Source: Alphaproteobacteria bacterium
Lineage (GTDB): Bacteria; Pseudomonadota; Alphaproteobacteria; UBA2966
Assembly (NCBI GenBank): GCA_964291395.2
Contig: OZ219856.1
Location: 1,696,001 to 1,760,000 of the forward strand
DNA length: 64,000 nucleotides
Direction of reading: 5' to 3'
Shown here one piece after another: positions 55,744 to 64,000 of the stretch. Position 1 is the stretch's first letter. Each line of letters begins with the position of its first letter. Below the pieces are notes generated by a model, which had not been told where the DNA came from, searched no databases, and was given only the letters and a program-made list of their open reading frames with translations. Made by a program: the position numbers and the translations under genes.

Positions 55744-56604
55744 ATGCCCGAAGAGGAACTGGAACCGCTGCTCCGCCGAGTCGCCGAGGCGCTCGAACGC
55801 GTCTCGCCGCGACCGCCGGAAGCGATCGAGTTCGACAACGCCGAGGCGTACACATGGCACGCCGAAAGCCATCGCCTGGAACCGGTCGCCAAGGTCAATC
55901 GCGTGGACCTGAAGCTGCTCAAAGGCATCGACTCCGTCCGGGATACCTTGCTGGAGAATACCCGGCGTTTCGCCGCTGGCCTGCCAGCCAACAACGCCCT
56001 GCTCTGGGGCGCCCGCGGCATGGGCAAGAGCTCATTGGTCAAGGCCGTCCACGCGACGGTGAACGCCGACAACGGCGGCAAGCTGATCCTGGTAGAGATT
56101 CACCGCGAGGACATACCATCTCTCCCCGATCTGTTGAAATTGCTGGCGGGCGTGGACCGGCGGTGCATTCTGTTTTGCGACGACCTGTCCTTCGACGGCC
56201 AGGATGCCAGCTTCAAGTCTCTCAAGGCCGTCCTGGAAGGCGGTCTAGAGGGACGGCCCGGCAGCGTGATATTCTACGCGACCTCCAATCGTCGGCACCT
56301 CATGCCGCGTGAGATGATCGAGAACGAGCGCTCCACGGCGATCAATCCAGCCGAAGCGGTCGAGGAAAAAGTGTCGCTTTCAGATCGGTTCGGGTTGTGG
56401 CTCGGCTTCCATACGTGCAGCCAGGACGAATTCCTCGCCATGGTGCATGGCTATGTCGCGCACTACGGAATTCCCGCGGACGAGAAATCGCTGCGCGCCG
56501 AAGCCATCGAATGGTCAGTCACTCGGGGAGCCCGTTCAGGCCGTGTCGCCTGGCAGTTCGTGCAGGATCTGGCCGGCCGACTGGGGATCAGGCTGAACGG
56601 GTAG
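55744..56604 (+). CDS. ATP-binding protein, DUF815 family
   Basis: PANNALLWGARGMGKSS, FCDDLSF, YATSNRRHL, EEKVSLSDRFG, RSGRVAWQF. Confidence 0.92.
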   Translation: MPEEELEPLLRRVAEALERVSPRPPEAIEFDNAEAYTWHAESHRLEPVAKVNRVDLKLLKGIDSVRDTLLENTRRFAAGLPANNALLWGARGMGKSSLVKAVHATVNADNGGKLILVEIHREDIPSLPDLLKLLAGVDRRCILFCDDLSFDGQDASFKSLKAVLEGGLEGRPGSVIFYATSNRRHLMPREMIENERSTAINPAEAVEEKVSLSDRFGLWLGFHTCSQDEFLAMVHGYVAHYGIPADEKSLRAEAIEWSVTRGARSGRVAWQFVQDLAGRLGIRLNG

Positions 56605-57546
56605 CGAGGTGAGCCGAGGCAAATAGCGGGTCGGGTCGACCGTTCGCGTCCCCTTCCGGATTTCGAAGTGAAGCTGCGGTGACCTGACGTTCCCCGTTTG
56701 GCCGACGCGGCTGACGACCTGACCGCGCCTCACGACATCTCCGCGCCCGACCAACAACGCTTCATTGTGCGCGTAGGCCGTGATCCAGCCGCCCGCGTGA
56801 CGGATCAGGAGAAGGTTTCCGAGTCCGCGTAATTCGCTGCCCGCGTAGGCAACGATGCCGTTGTCCGCCGCACGCACGGGCTGACCACGAGCGGCGGCGA
56901 TGTTGACGCCATCGTTGTAACGTCCGCCTCCCTTGGCACCATAGCCATCCAGGATGCGTCCTTCGACGGGCCACGCAAACAGGGAGCCGCCCCGTGGCGG
57001 CAGGGGCTTGCCCACTCCGCGTGCGGTCCGCCTCGCGCCGACCGAAGATGTTGCTTCCACGTTTGGGGGTGGTGCGGTCAGCCGCGCCGTAGCCGGGAGC
57101 CGTAGTTGCTGGCTTAGACGTATCGTATAGGGCGCCTTCAATCCGTTGAGCCGGACCAAGCTCGCCATATCGACACCGTAGCGCCGGGATATCCTGTAAA
57201 TCGTGTCGCCCCTTTGAACCGTATGCCGCTTGGTGGAGGGAACTCTCAGTCCTTTTCCGGGCGACAGCGTGAACGGTGCCTTCAGATCGTTCGCGGAGAT
57301 GATGGTCCGAACCGGGACGCCGGTACGGCGGGCAATCCCCCAGACCGTGTCACCCTTCTGTACGATGAGGTCGGCAATCCGGCCGGGGACGGACACGGTA
57401 CCCGAGGAACGCTGATCCTTGGGTTGGAAACCGATCACCCCCTTGTTCTCCACGGGTGCGGGCGTCGACCGTGCGCAAGCGGCCACGGCAAGGATCAGGC
57501 TCAAGATCCAAAGGCCTCTGAGACTGAGAACGCGTGGCGGCATCAT
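56536..57546 (-). CDS. LysM + M23 peptidase-domain lipoprotein (NlpD-like)
   Basis: Lipobox VAAC; two LysM repeats (VQKGDTVW, VQRGDTIY); FAWPVEG, NDGVNI, TAYAH, QLHFEIR. Confidence 0.9.
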   Translation of the reverse strand: MMPPRVLSLRGLWILSLILAVAACARSTPAPVENKGVIGFQPKDQRSSGTVSVPGRIADLIVQKGDTVWGIARRTGVPVRTIISANDLKAPFTLSPGKGLRVPSTKRHTVQRGDTIYRISRRYGVDMASLVRLNGLKAPYTIRLSQQLRLPATARLTAPPPNVEATSSVGARRTARGVGKPLPPRGGSLFAWPVEGRILDGYGAKGGGRYNDGVNIAAARGQPVRAADNGIVAYAGSELRGLGNLLLIRHAGGWITAYAHNEALLVGRGDVVRRGQVVSRVGQTGNVRSPQLHFEIRKGTRTVDPTRYLPRLTSLPVQPDPQSAGQILHELPGDTA

Positions 57547-57819
57547 CCGATCCGATGAGGTCCCCAGAGCAGTGCCGGTTCGACTGGAACCGCTACAGCA
57601 TTCCTGGCCGCTCACGGCGGCGGACCTTCGGTCCACACCAATGGAACCGGTGCCAGGGGGATCGGCTGTCAGAGCCAGACGAACAACAAATGAGGGGTCT
57701 GACACCCATTCCCAATCCCCTTGGATGCAATGTTGCGCAACCAACCCCGGTTTACAACAACCCCCGGATCTCCGCGGCGCTGACCGGCTCCGGCCCAAAG
57801 CGCCGAATCCGGCCCCGTT

Positions 57820-60147
57820 TCAGGCATTCGGCTCCTGAAGAGCGCGCCAAACACGCTGCGGTGTCGCCGGCATATCGAAGTTGCTGATTCCCCGCTCCGA
57901 CAAGGCATCCGAAACGGCGCTGAAGACCGCCGGCAGGGCGCCGACGGCACCCGCCTCGCCCACGCCCTTGACGCCCATCGGATTGGCGGCCGTCGGCACA
58001 TCGTTGTGTTCGATTTCCATGTTGGGAATATCGTCCGCCCGAGGCATGCAATAGTCCATAAACGACCCGGTGAGAAGTTGTCCCGATCCCTCGTCGTAGA
58101 CGATTTGTTCCACGACCACCTGCCCCAGCCCCTGCGACACGCCGCCGTGGACCTGTCCCTGAACGAGAGGCGGATTGATCGCCCGCCCGACGTCGTCGAC
58201 CACGTGATAGGTCAACACCTCCACGGCGCCCGTCTCCGGGTCGATCTCTACCTCGCAGACATGGCAGCCATTCGGATAAGTCGATGCCGGGGGAACGTGA
58301 GTCCGGACAGCACCGAGGCCGGGTTCCATGCCGCTCGGCAGCGCACCGAGCGCGTATGCCGTGCGGGCGACCTCTCCGATTCCCAACTCCCGGTCCGTAC
58401 CTGCCACCCGAAAGGTTCCGTCATCGAATTCGATGTCGTCGACTGCCGTCTCCAAGACGTGGGCCGCAATCCGCTTACCCTTTTCGATGATGATGTCTGC
58501 CGCCTCTTTCAGCGCCGCACCACCCACACAGGACGAACGCGAGCCGAAGGTACCCCGGGCTCGCGCGACGACGTCGGTGTCCGCGGCGATGATGCGGACA
58601 TCCTCCAGCGGCAGCCCCAGGAACTCATTGATGTATTGGGAATACATCGTTTCGTGTCCCTGGCCCTGCGCATCGGTGCCCACGAGGACCGTGGCCGTCC
58701 CATCGGGGTGCAATCTGATCTCCATGGTTTCGTCAACGCCGCCGGGACCGGCCATTTCGATGCAGTTGGCAAGCCCGAAACCACGCAAACGACCGCGGCT
58801 GCGGGACGCCGCCCGACGCGCCGCAAACCCCGCGTGGTCGGAGATCTCAAGGACCCGGATCATGTTTTTCTCGAACTCGCCGCTGTCGTAGTTGAACGTG
58901 AGCGGCGTTTGATAGGGAAAGACGTCCGGCGCAATCATGTTCCGGCGCCGGAGTTCGACTCGGTTCAACCCCAGTTCCCGAGCCGCGACATCGATCACGC
59001 GTTCGACCGCGAATCCGGCTTCGGGACGCCCGGCACCACGATAGGGGCCCGTATTCATGGTATTCGTGTAGACGCCGACGACGTCGGTGTAGATGTGTGG
59101 TGTCGCGTAAACGCCCGCGAGACCGCCGAGGTTGTTGGTACCGCAGTGCGGTCCGTAAATCGACAAATAGGCGCCGAGATTGACGAGCGTCGAGACATGA
59201 AGCGCGAGGAAACGGCCGTTGGCGTCGAGAGCGAGCCTCGCCGTCGACACGTTGTCCCGGGCTTGGGCGTCGCCGAGAAGGCTTTCGCTGCGCGTGCCGG
59301 TCCAGCGGACCGGTCGGCCCACTTTCCGGGCGGCCCACAACACCTGGACGTTCTCGGGGTGCACCATGCCCTTCATGCCGAAACTGCCGCCCACGTCGGT
59401 TGCGACGATCCGCAACCGGTGTTCAGGAACCTTCAGCACACTGCCGCAGATGATGCTCCGAACCGTATGCGGATGCTGAACATTGCTGTAGAGCGTCCAG
59501 CGCCCGTCGCGCCTATCGAACCGCCCTATGGCCACTCTGGGCTCCATCGGGTTCGCCGTGATGCGGGAAATCACAAACTCCGTCTCCACGACATGCGCTG
59601 CCGTGTCGAACGCAGCCTTGACCGCGTTCTCGTCTCCGAGTTCAAAAAAGAAGGCATTGTTATCCGGCGCTTCATCCCAAATCACGGGCGCCCCGGGGGC
59701 GACGGCAGCAGCGGTGCCGGTGACGAAGGGCAGGTCTTCGTACTCGACGACGATGAGATCGGCGGCTTCGGCAGCGGCCTCGACGCTTTCGGCCACAACC
59801 AGGGCGACACCTTCACCGACGTAACGGACGCGCCCTACGGCCAGAATGGTGTGGGGCGGCACGAACATCGGCGAGCCATCACGCTTGTTTCGCGGCACGG
59901 TGTTGGGGATGGTGCCGAGACCGTCGGCCACGGCGTCGGCGCCGGTCAGGACGGTTAGAACACCTGGGTACGCCCGGGCCGTGGACGTGTCGATACCGAG
60001 GATATTCGCGTGGGGCCGTGGCGAGCGGAGCACGTATGCATAGGCCTCGTTCGTGAAACGCATGTCGTCGACGAATTCGCCTTCGCCCCGCAAAAGACGC
60101 GGATCTTCCAACCGCGAGACGGGCTGGCCAATGCCAAACTCACCCAA
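57820..60147 (-). CDS. Xanthine dehydrogenase family molybdopterin-binding subunit (CoxL/CutL form II-like)
   Basis: GIGQPVSRLEDPRLLRG, DVGGSFGMK, PYRGAGRPE, GQGHET, GTFGSRS, GQVHGG, KGVGEAG; TTG start after GGAGGG. Confidence 0.92.
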   Translation of the reverse strand: MGEFGIGQPVSRLEDPRLLRGEGEFVDDMRFTNEAYAYVLRSPRPHANILGIDTSTARAYPGVLTVLTGADAVADGLGTIPNTVPRNKRDGSPMFVPPHTILAVGRVRYVGEGVALVVAESVEAAAEAADLIVVEYEDLPFVTGTAAAVAPGAPVIWDEAPDNNAFFFELGDENAVKAAFDTAAHVVETEFVISRITANPMEPRVAIGRFDRRDGRWTLYSNVQHPHTVRSIICGSVLKVPEHRLRIVATDVGGSFGMKGMVHPENVQVLWAARKVGRPVRWTGTRSESLLGDAQARDNVSTARLALDANGRFLALHVSTLVNLGAYLSIYGPHCGTNNLGGLAGVYATPHIYTDVVGVYTNTMNTGPYRGAGRPEAGFAVERVIDVAARELGLNRVELRRRNMIAPDVFPYQTPLTFNYDSGEFEKNMIRVLEISDHAGFAARRAASRSRGRLRGFGLANCIEMAGPGGVDETMEIRLHPDGTATVLVGTDAQGQGHETMYSQYINEFLGLPLEDVRIIAADTDVVARARGTFGSRSSCVGGAALKEAADIIIEKGKRIAAHVLETAVDDIEFDDGTFRVAGTDRELGIGEVARTAYALGALPSGMEPGLGAVRTHVPPASTYPNGCHVCEVEIDPETGAVEVLTYHVVDDVGRAINPPLVQGQVHGGVSQGLGQVVVEQIVYDEGSGQLLTGSFMDYCMPRADDIPNMEIEHNDVPTAANPMGVKGVGEAGAVGALPAVFSAVSDALSERGISNFDMPATPQRVWRALQEPNA

Positions 60148-60267
60148 GTGTTCCCTCCACCGTATGGCCGTGCCGGCGCAGTCTATGGGCCCGCCCACAC
60201 CGCCTCAACCGGGGTGTACATTTTGGCCATGAGCCGCATCGCCGGACTCGCGTCGGAAGGGACCAGA

Positions 60268-60909
60268 TCAAATTGTTTCCGCGACCCCCTCGACGAGGGG
60301 TACGAATCGTACAGGAAGCAGCCGATCGGAGGAGTACCCCTCCTCGCTTCGGCAAATCCGGATGACGTCCTGGTTTGCGCCGCTCTGGCCGACAGGGATG
60401 ACCATTACGCCGCCGACCGCTAGCTGTTCCTTCAACGCTTCGGGGACCTCCGGTGCGGCAGCGGTTACGATAATCCGCTCGAAGGGCGCCTGTTCGGGCC
60501 ACCCCCGATGACCGTCGCCGAACTTGGTGACGATGTTGTGGAGGCCAAGCTTCCAGAACCGCTCCTCTGCCTGGCGCAGCAGCGAGCGATAGCGCTCGAC
60601 GGTATAGACCCGCCGGCAGAGTTTCGAAAGGATCGCGGCCTGGTATCCCGACCCCGTCCCGATCTCGAGCACACGCATCCGCGGGCCGAGCTCCAGGGCG
60701 CGCGTCATGAACGCAACGACATACGGTTGGCTGATGGTTTGTCCCTGCTCGATCGGAAGCGCCGTATTCTCGTAGGCTTGGTCGCTGAAGTTGGAGAGCA
60801 CGAATTCCTCGCGGGGAATGCGCTCCAATGCCGACAGCACGCCGGTGTCGGTGATTCCCGACTGACGCAATTCCATGATCAGCCGGATTTTTCGCGTGTC
60901 GTCCGTCAC
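60268..60909 (-). CDS. pcm: Protein-L-isoaspartate O-methyltransferase
   Basis: PREEF, QTISQP, VLEIGTGSGYQAA, APFERIIVTAA, RFVPLV. Confidence 0.96.
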   Translation of the reverse strand: MTDDTRKIRLIMELRQSGITDTGVLSALERIPREEFVLSNFSDQAYENTALPIEQGQTISQPYVVAFMTRALELGPRMRVLEIGTGSGYQAAILSKLCRRVYTVERYRSLLRQAEERFWKLGLHNIVTKFGDGHRGWPEQAPFERIIVTAAAPEVPEALKEQLAVGGVMVIPVGQSGANQDVIRICRSEEGYSSDRLLPVRFVPLVEGVAETI

Positions 60910-61715
60910 TTCAGTGCTTGTTCGAGGGCTTGTCTCGTGCGCCGGTGGGTGAGATCGATCTGCAGGGGGGTCACCGAGATGCCGCCACGCGCGACGACCG
61001 CCAGATCAGATCTGGGATGGACCTCCCCCTTGTGACGACGGAACCCGATCCAATAATACGGCACGTTTCGGGCGTCGACGCGCTCGTCGATGAAGATATT
61101 GGCCGCATCACGCTGTCCCTGTCGCGTCACCGCAAGTTCCTTCACGCCCGCCGACACGACGTCGGGGAAATTCACATTGATGAACACGCCCGTCGGCCAC
61201 CCCTCCTTCAGCAACCGGCGCAGCAGTTTGGGCGCATGGTGCTCGGCCGTGCGCCATTTGACGGGGTGTGGGCTCATGTACCCCTGACTCAGCGCGACGG
61301 ACGGGATGCCCAGAAGCGTCCCTTCCATCGCCGCCGCCACGGTTCCGGAGTAGGTGACATCCTCGCCGAGGTTGGTGCCTCGATTGACTCCCGAAATCAG
61401 CAGATCGGGCGCCTTCTGACCTTTGAGAATCTGGTCGAGGGCCATGATGACGCAATCCGTCGGAGTCCCACGCACGGCGTACCGCCGCCTCGACAATCTG
61501 CGCACGCGCAACGGTTCATGAAGCGTGAGCGAGTGGGAAGCGCCGCTCTGCTCGAATTCGGGCGCGACGACCCAGACATCGGACGTCAGCGCCCGGGCGA
61601 TCCTCTCCGCCACCCTGAGGCCAGGCGCGTTGATCCCGTCGTCGTTGGACACGAGGATGCGGAGCTTGCGGGACTGGTCCCGCTCAGTCCGCGGCACGGA
61701 TAACCTCGCGACCAC
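60906..61715 (-). CDS. surE: 5'/3'-nucleotidase SurE
   Basis: [49 protein letters not shown]. Confidence 0.96.
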   Translation of the reverse strand: MVARLSVPRTERDQSRKLRILVSNDDGINAPGLRVAERIARALTSDVWVVAPEFEQSGASHSLTLHEPLRVRRLSRRRYAVRGTPTDCVIMALDQILKGQKAPDLLISGVNRGTNLGEDVTYSGTVAAAMEGTLLGIPSVALSQGYMSPHPVKWRTAEHHAPKLLRRLLKEGWPTGVFINVNFPDVVSAGVKELAVTRQGQRDAANIFIDERVDARNVPYYWIGFRRHKGEVHPRSDLAVVARGGISVTPLQIDLTHRRTRQALEQALK

Positions 61716-62964
61716 CCATATAGGGGCGCAGGGCCTCGGGGATGACGACGCTGCCGTCCGAGCGCTGATAGTTCTCGAGCACCGCGATCAGGGTGCGTCC
61801 GACGGCCAGGCCCGACCCGTTGAGGGTGTGCACGAAGCGCGTCCCCTTGGATTCACCCTTGGGGCGAAACCGTGCCTGCATGCGCCGCGCCTGGAAGTCT
61901 CCGCAATTGGAGCAGCTCGAGATCTCCCGGTAGGTGTCTTGTCCGGGTAACCAAACTTCGATGTCGTATGTCTTACGCGCCGAGAACCCCATGTCTCCGC
62001 AACTGAGCACGACGACGCGATAGGCGAGCCCCAGCCGCTGCAATATTATCTCCGCGCACTTGGTCATGAACTCGAGCTCGTCATCGGAGTAATCGGGATG
62101 GGCGATCGTAACCATCTCGACCTTGGTGAACTCGTGCTGGCGGATCATGCCACGCGTGTCCTTGCCCGCCGCACCAGCCTCGGAGCGATAGCACGACGTG
62201 TAGGCGGTGCGCCGGATGGGCAGGTCGTCCTCGGCGAGAATACGTCCGCACACGAGGTTGGTCAGCGGGACTTCGGCCGTCGGGATCAACCAGTAACCGT
62301 CATCGGTGTGGAACAGGTCCTCCGCGAATTTGGGCAGCTGGCCCGTGCCATAGGCCGCCGCGTCGCGTACCAAGCTCGGTGGCTTGGTCTCCTGATATCC
62401 AAATTCCTCGGTTTGGATGTCCAGCATGAAGTTGGTGAGGCCCCGTTCGAGACGCGCCAAGCCATCCTTGAGGACCACGAAGCGCGCGCCCGAGATGCGC
62501 GCCGCAGACTCGAAATCCATCATGTCGAGGGCCTCGCCGATGTCGACATGGTCCCGCGCATTGAAATCGAACCTAGGCAGCTCGCCAACCCGCCGTACCT
62601 CCAGATTCGCCGTTTCGTCGAGACCGTCGGGCACATCGTCTGCCGGCAAGTTTGGCAACGGCGACAGCAGCTCCTCGATCTCGGCGCTCAGTCGGCGCTC
62701 CTCTTGCTCTCCGTTGCGGATGAGGTCCTTGAGCTCGCCAACTTTCGCGACCAACCCGTCCGCACCCTCGCCACGCCCCTTGGCAGCGCCAATCTCCTTG
62801 GATACCTGGTTGCGCCGGTTCTTGGCTACCTGGACCTGCGTCTGCACCGCCCGGTATCGCGCATCGACGTCGAGCACGTTCGCCGCCGCGGCCTCGAGGC
62901 CGCGGCGCGCGAGTCCCGCGTCGAACGCCTCCGCGTTTTCGCGAATCCACTTGATATCGTGCAT
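61684..62964 (-). CDS. serS: Serine--tRNA ligase
   Basis: [59 protein letters not shown]. Confidence 0.98.
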   Translation of the reverse strand: MHDIKWIRENAEAFDAGLARRGLEAAAANVLDVDARYRAVQTQVQVAKNRRNQVSKEIGAAKGRGEGADGLVAKVGELKDLIRNGEQEERRLSAEIEELLSPLPNLPADDVPDGLDETANLEVRRVGELPRFDFNARDHVDIGEALDMMDFESAARISGARFVVLKDGLARLERGLTNFMLDIQTEEFGYQETKPPSLVRDAAAYGTGQLPKFAEDLFHTDDGYWLIPTAEVPLTNLVCGRILAEDDLPIRRTAYTSCYRSEAGAAGKDTRGMIRQHEFTKVEMVTIAHPDYSDDELEFMTKCAEIILQRLGLAYRVVVLSCGDMGFSARKTYDIEVWLPGQDTYREISSCSNCGDFQARRMQARFRPKGESKGTRFVHTLNGSGLAVGRTLIAVLENYQRSDGSVVIPEALRPYMGGREVIRAAD

Positions 62965-63147
62965 GGAACGAGTGTGTCGGCCTGCTACCGGTTAAACGCG
63001 CGCCTCTTATACGTCCGCTGTCGGCGCGGCGTCCAGCAAACGTCGGCAGGTCCCGGACTCCACCCGAATTTCCTTGCTATCGCCTGACGGGCCCGACACA
63101 TTGAGCGCAGTCGAGGATGTTCGATGGTTTCGCCGGAGGCTCTGATC

Positions 63148-64000
63148 ATGCCACGACGCCAAGCGCTGCATTGGGGAAATCCGCCGGCGGGGACCTACAG
63201 CGCGCCGGTTTACCTGGGACTTCAGCGCGGCATGTTCGGACCGCCCGACCTCGCACTCGAGGCTCACGACAATGTCAACGGCGCCGAATACACGAAGGCG
63301 CTACTGGCCGGCAAGTTCGACATGGGTCACATGGGAACGCCGCCCCTCTTCGCCGCTCTCGCCGCAACGGATGAATACGTAATCGTCGGGCAAGGCGTCG
63401 TGCGCTACCCCTGCTTCTGGGTCGTGGCACCAGCGGAGATCTCATCCTTCGGCGATCTCGTTGGCAAAACCATTGGACTGAACCGTCGGCAGACCTGCTC
63501 CCACAGCATCATTCGCACGCTCCTCGGCTGGGAAGGACTCGACGAATCGGCAGTTCATCTGGAAATCCTCGAAAACTACACGCGCATCACAGACGAGATC
63601 GGGTCCGGAGACCTCGCGGCGGCGGTGCTGTGCGAACCCCACGTCAGCTACGCGGAGCGCGCCCACGGATGGCGGGTGTTAGTCGAGGGCCGCGAGGTGA
63701 TCGATCCCTCGAACTTCGGTATCTGCGTCTACGCACGCCGGCGGTTGCTGGAAAGCGAGCCCGAGCTGGTCGCGCACCTGGTGCGGGACTACGCACGCTG
63801 CGTCCGGTACGCGATGGACCACATGGACGAGGCCGCCGAGGTTCTGGACGGGAAATTCCCGGGATTTCTCGCGGAAGACATCGAACGTGCTATCCGGCGG
63901 GATACACCCAATTGGACCTCCGACACGACCGTCGACGAGGCATTCCTGTCGGTGGTCGTAGCGGAACTGAAGGAGCAGTCCGTGGTTCCGAGCGACTTCG
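63148..64000 (+). CDS. SsuA/THI5 (NMT1)-like substrate-binding-fold protein, runs off the window end
   Basis: Open frame MPRRQALHWG..APVYLGLQRGMF..ALLAGKFDMG..ISSFGDLVGKTIG..SGDLAAAVLCEP; RBS GGAGG. Confidence 0.75.
   Translation, partial: MPRRQALHWGNPPAGTYSAPVYLGLQRGMFGPPDLALEAHDNVNGAEYTKALLAGKFDMGHMGTPPLFAALAATDEYVIVGQGVVRYPCFWVVAPAEISSFGDLVGKTIGLNRRQTCSHSIIRTLLGWEGLDESAVHLEILENYTRITDEIGSGDLAAAVLCEPHVSYAERAHGWRVLVEGREVIDPSNFGICVYARRRLLESEPELVAHLVRDYARCVRYAMDHMDEAAEVLDGKFPGFLAEDIERAIRRDTPNWTSDTTVDEAFLSVVVAELKEQSVVPSDF

Noticed and set aside
56536-56604. Convergent 3' overlaps (DUF815/NlpD-like; hpnC/TPR at 42077-42126)
   Set aside because: Short tail overlaps are common in GC-rich genomes and may reflect stop-codon drift or indels

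Overview
High-GC alphaproteobacterial chromosome segment, Rhodospirillales-like by synteny (gyrA-coaD-ppi-queA-tgt, ssb/uvrA, trmFO, secF-secD-yajC, nlpD-pcm-surE-serS) and by the alphaproteobacterial insertion in the GyrA C-terminal domain. Bases 1-8.2 kb hold catabolic and redox genes, several with frameshifts that look like assembly indels. Bases 8.37-25.29 kb form a ~17 kb accessory island bounded by a ~230-bp imperfect direct repeat that duplicates the 3' ends of two convergent genes. The island carries a three-gene operon (CHAT caspase-like lipoprotein, exported protein, CHASE2 adenylate cyclase), PIN and HicAB toxin-antitoxin genes, tyrosine-integrase and IS630 remnants, detox and redox cargo, and three same-orientation copies of a 33-52 bp element at module junctions. 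The right half is housekeeping synteny with single inserted catabolic genes and a rearranged hpnC/hpnDE-ispH squalene cluster linked to an exported helical protein, a LolA-like remnant and an outer-membrane barrel. No rRNA, tRNA or CRISPR array was seen. All calls come from motif recognition only; no searches were run.
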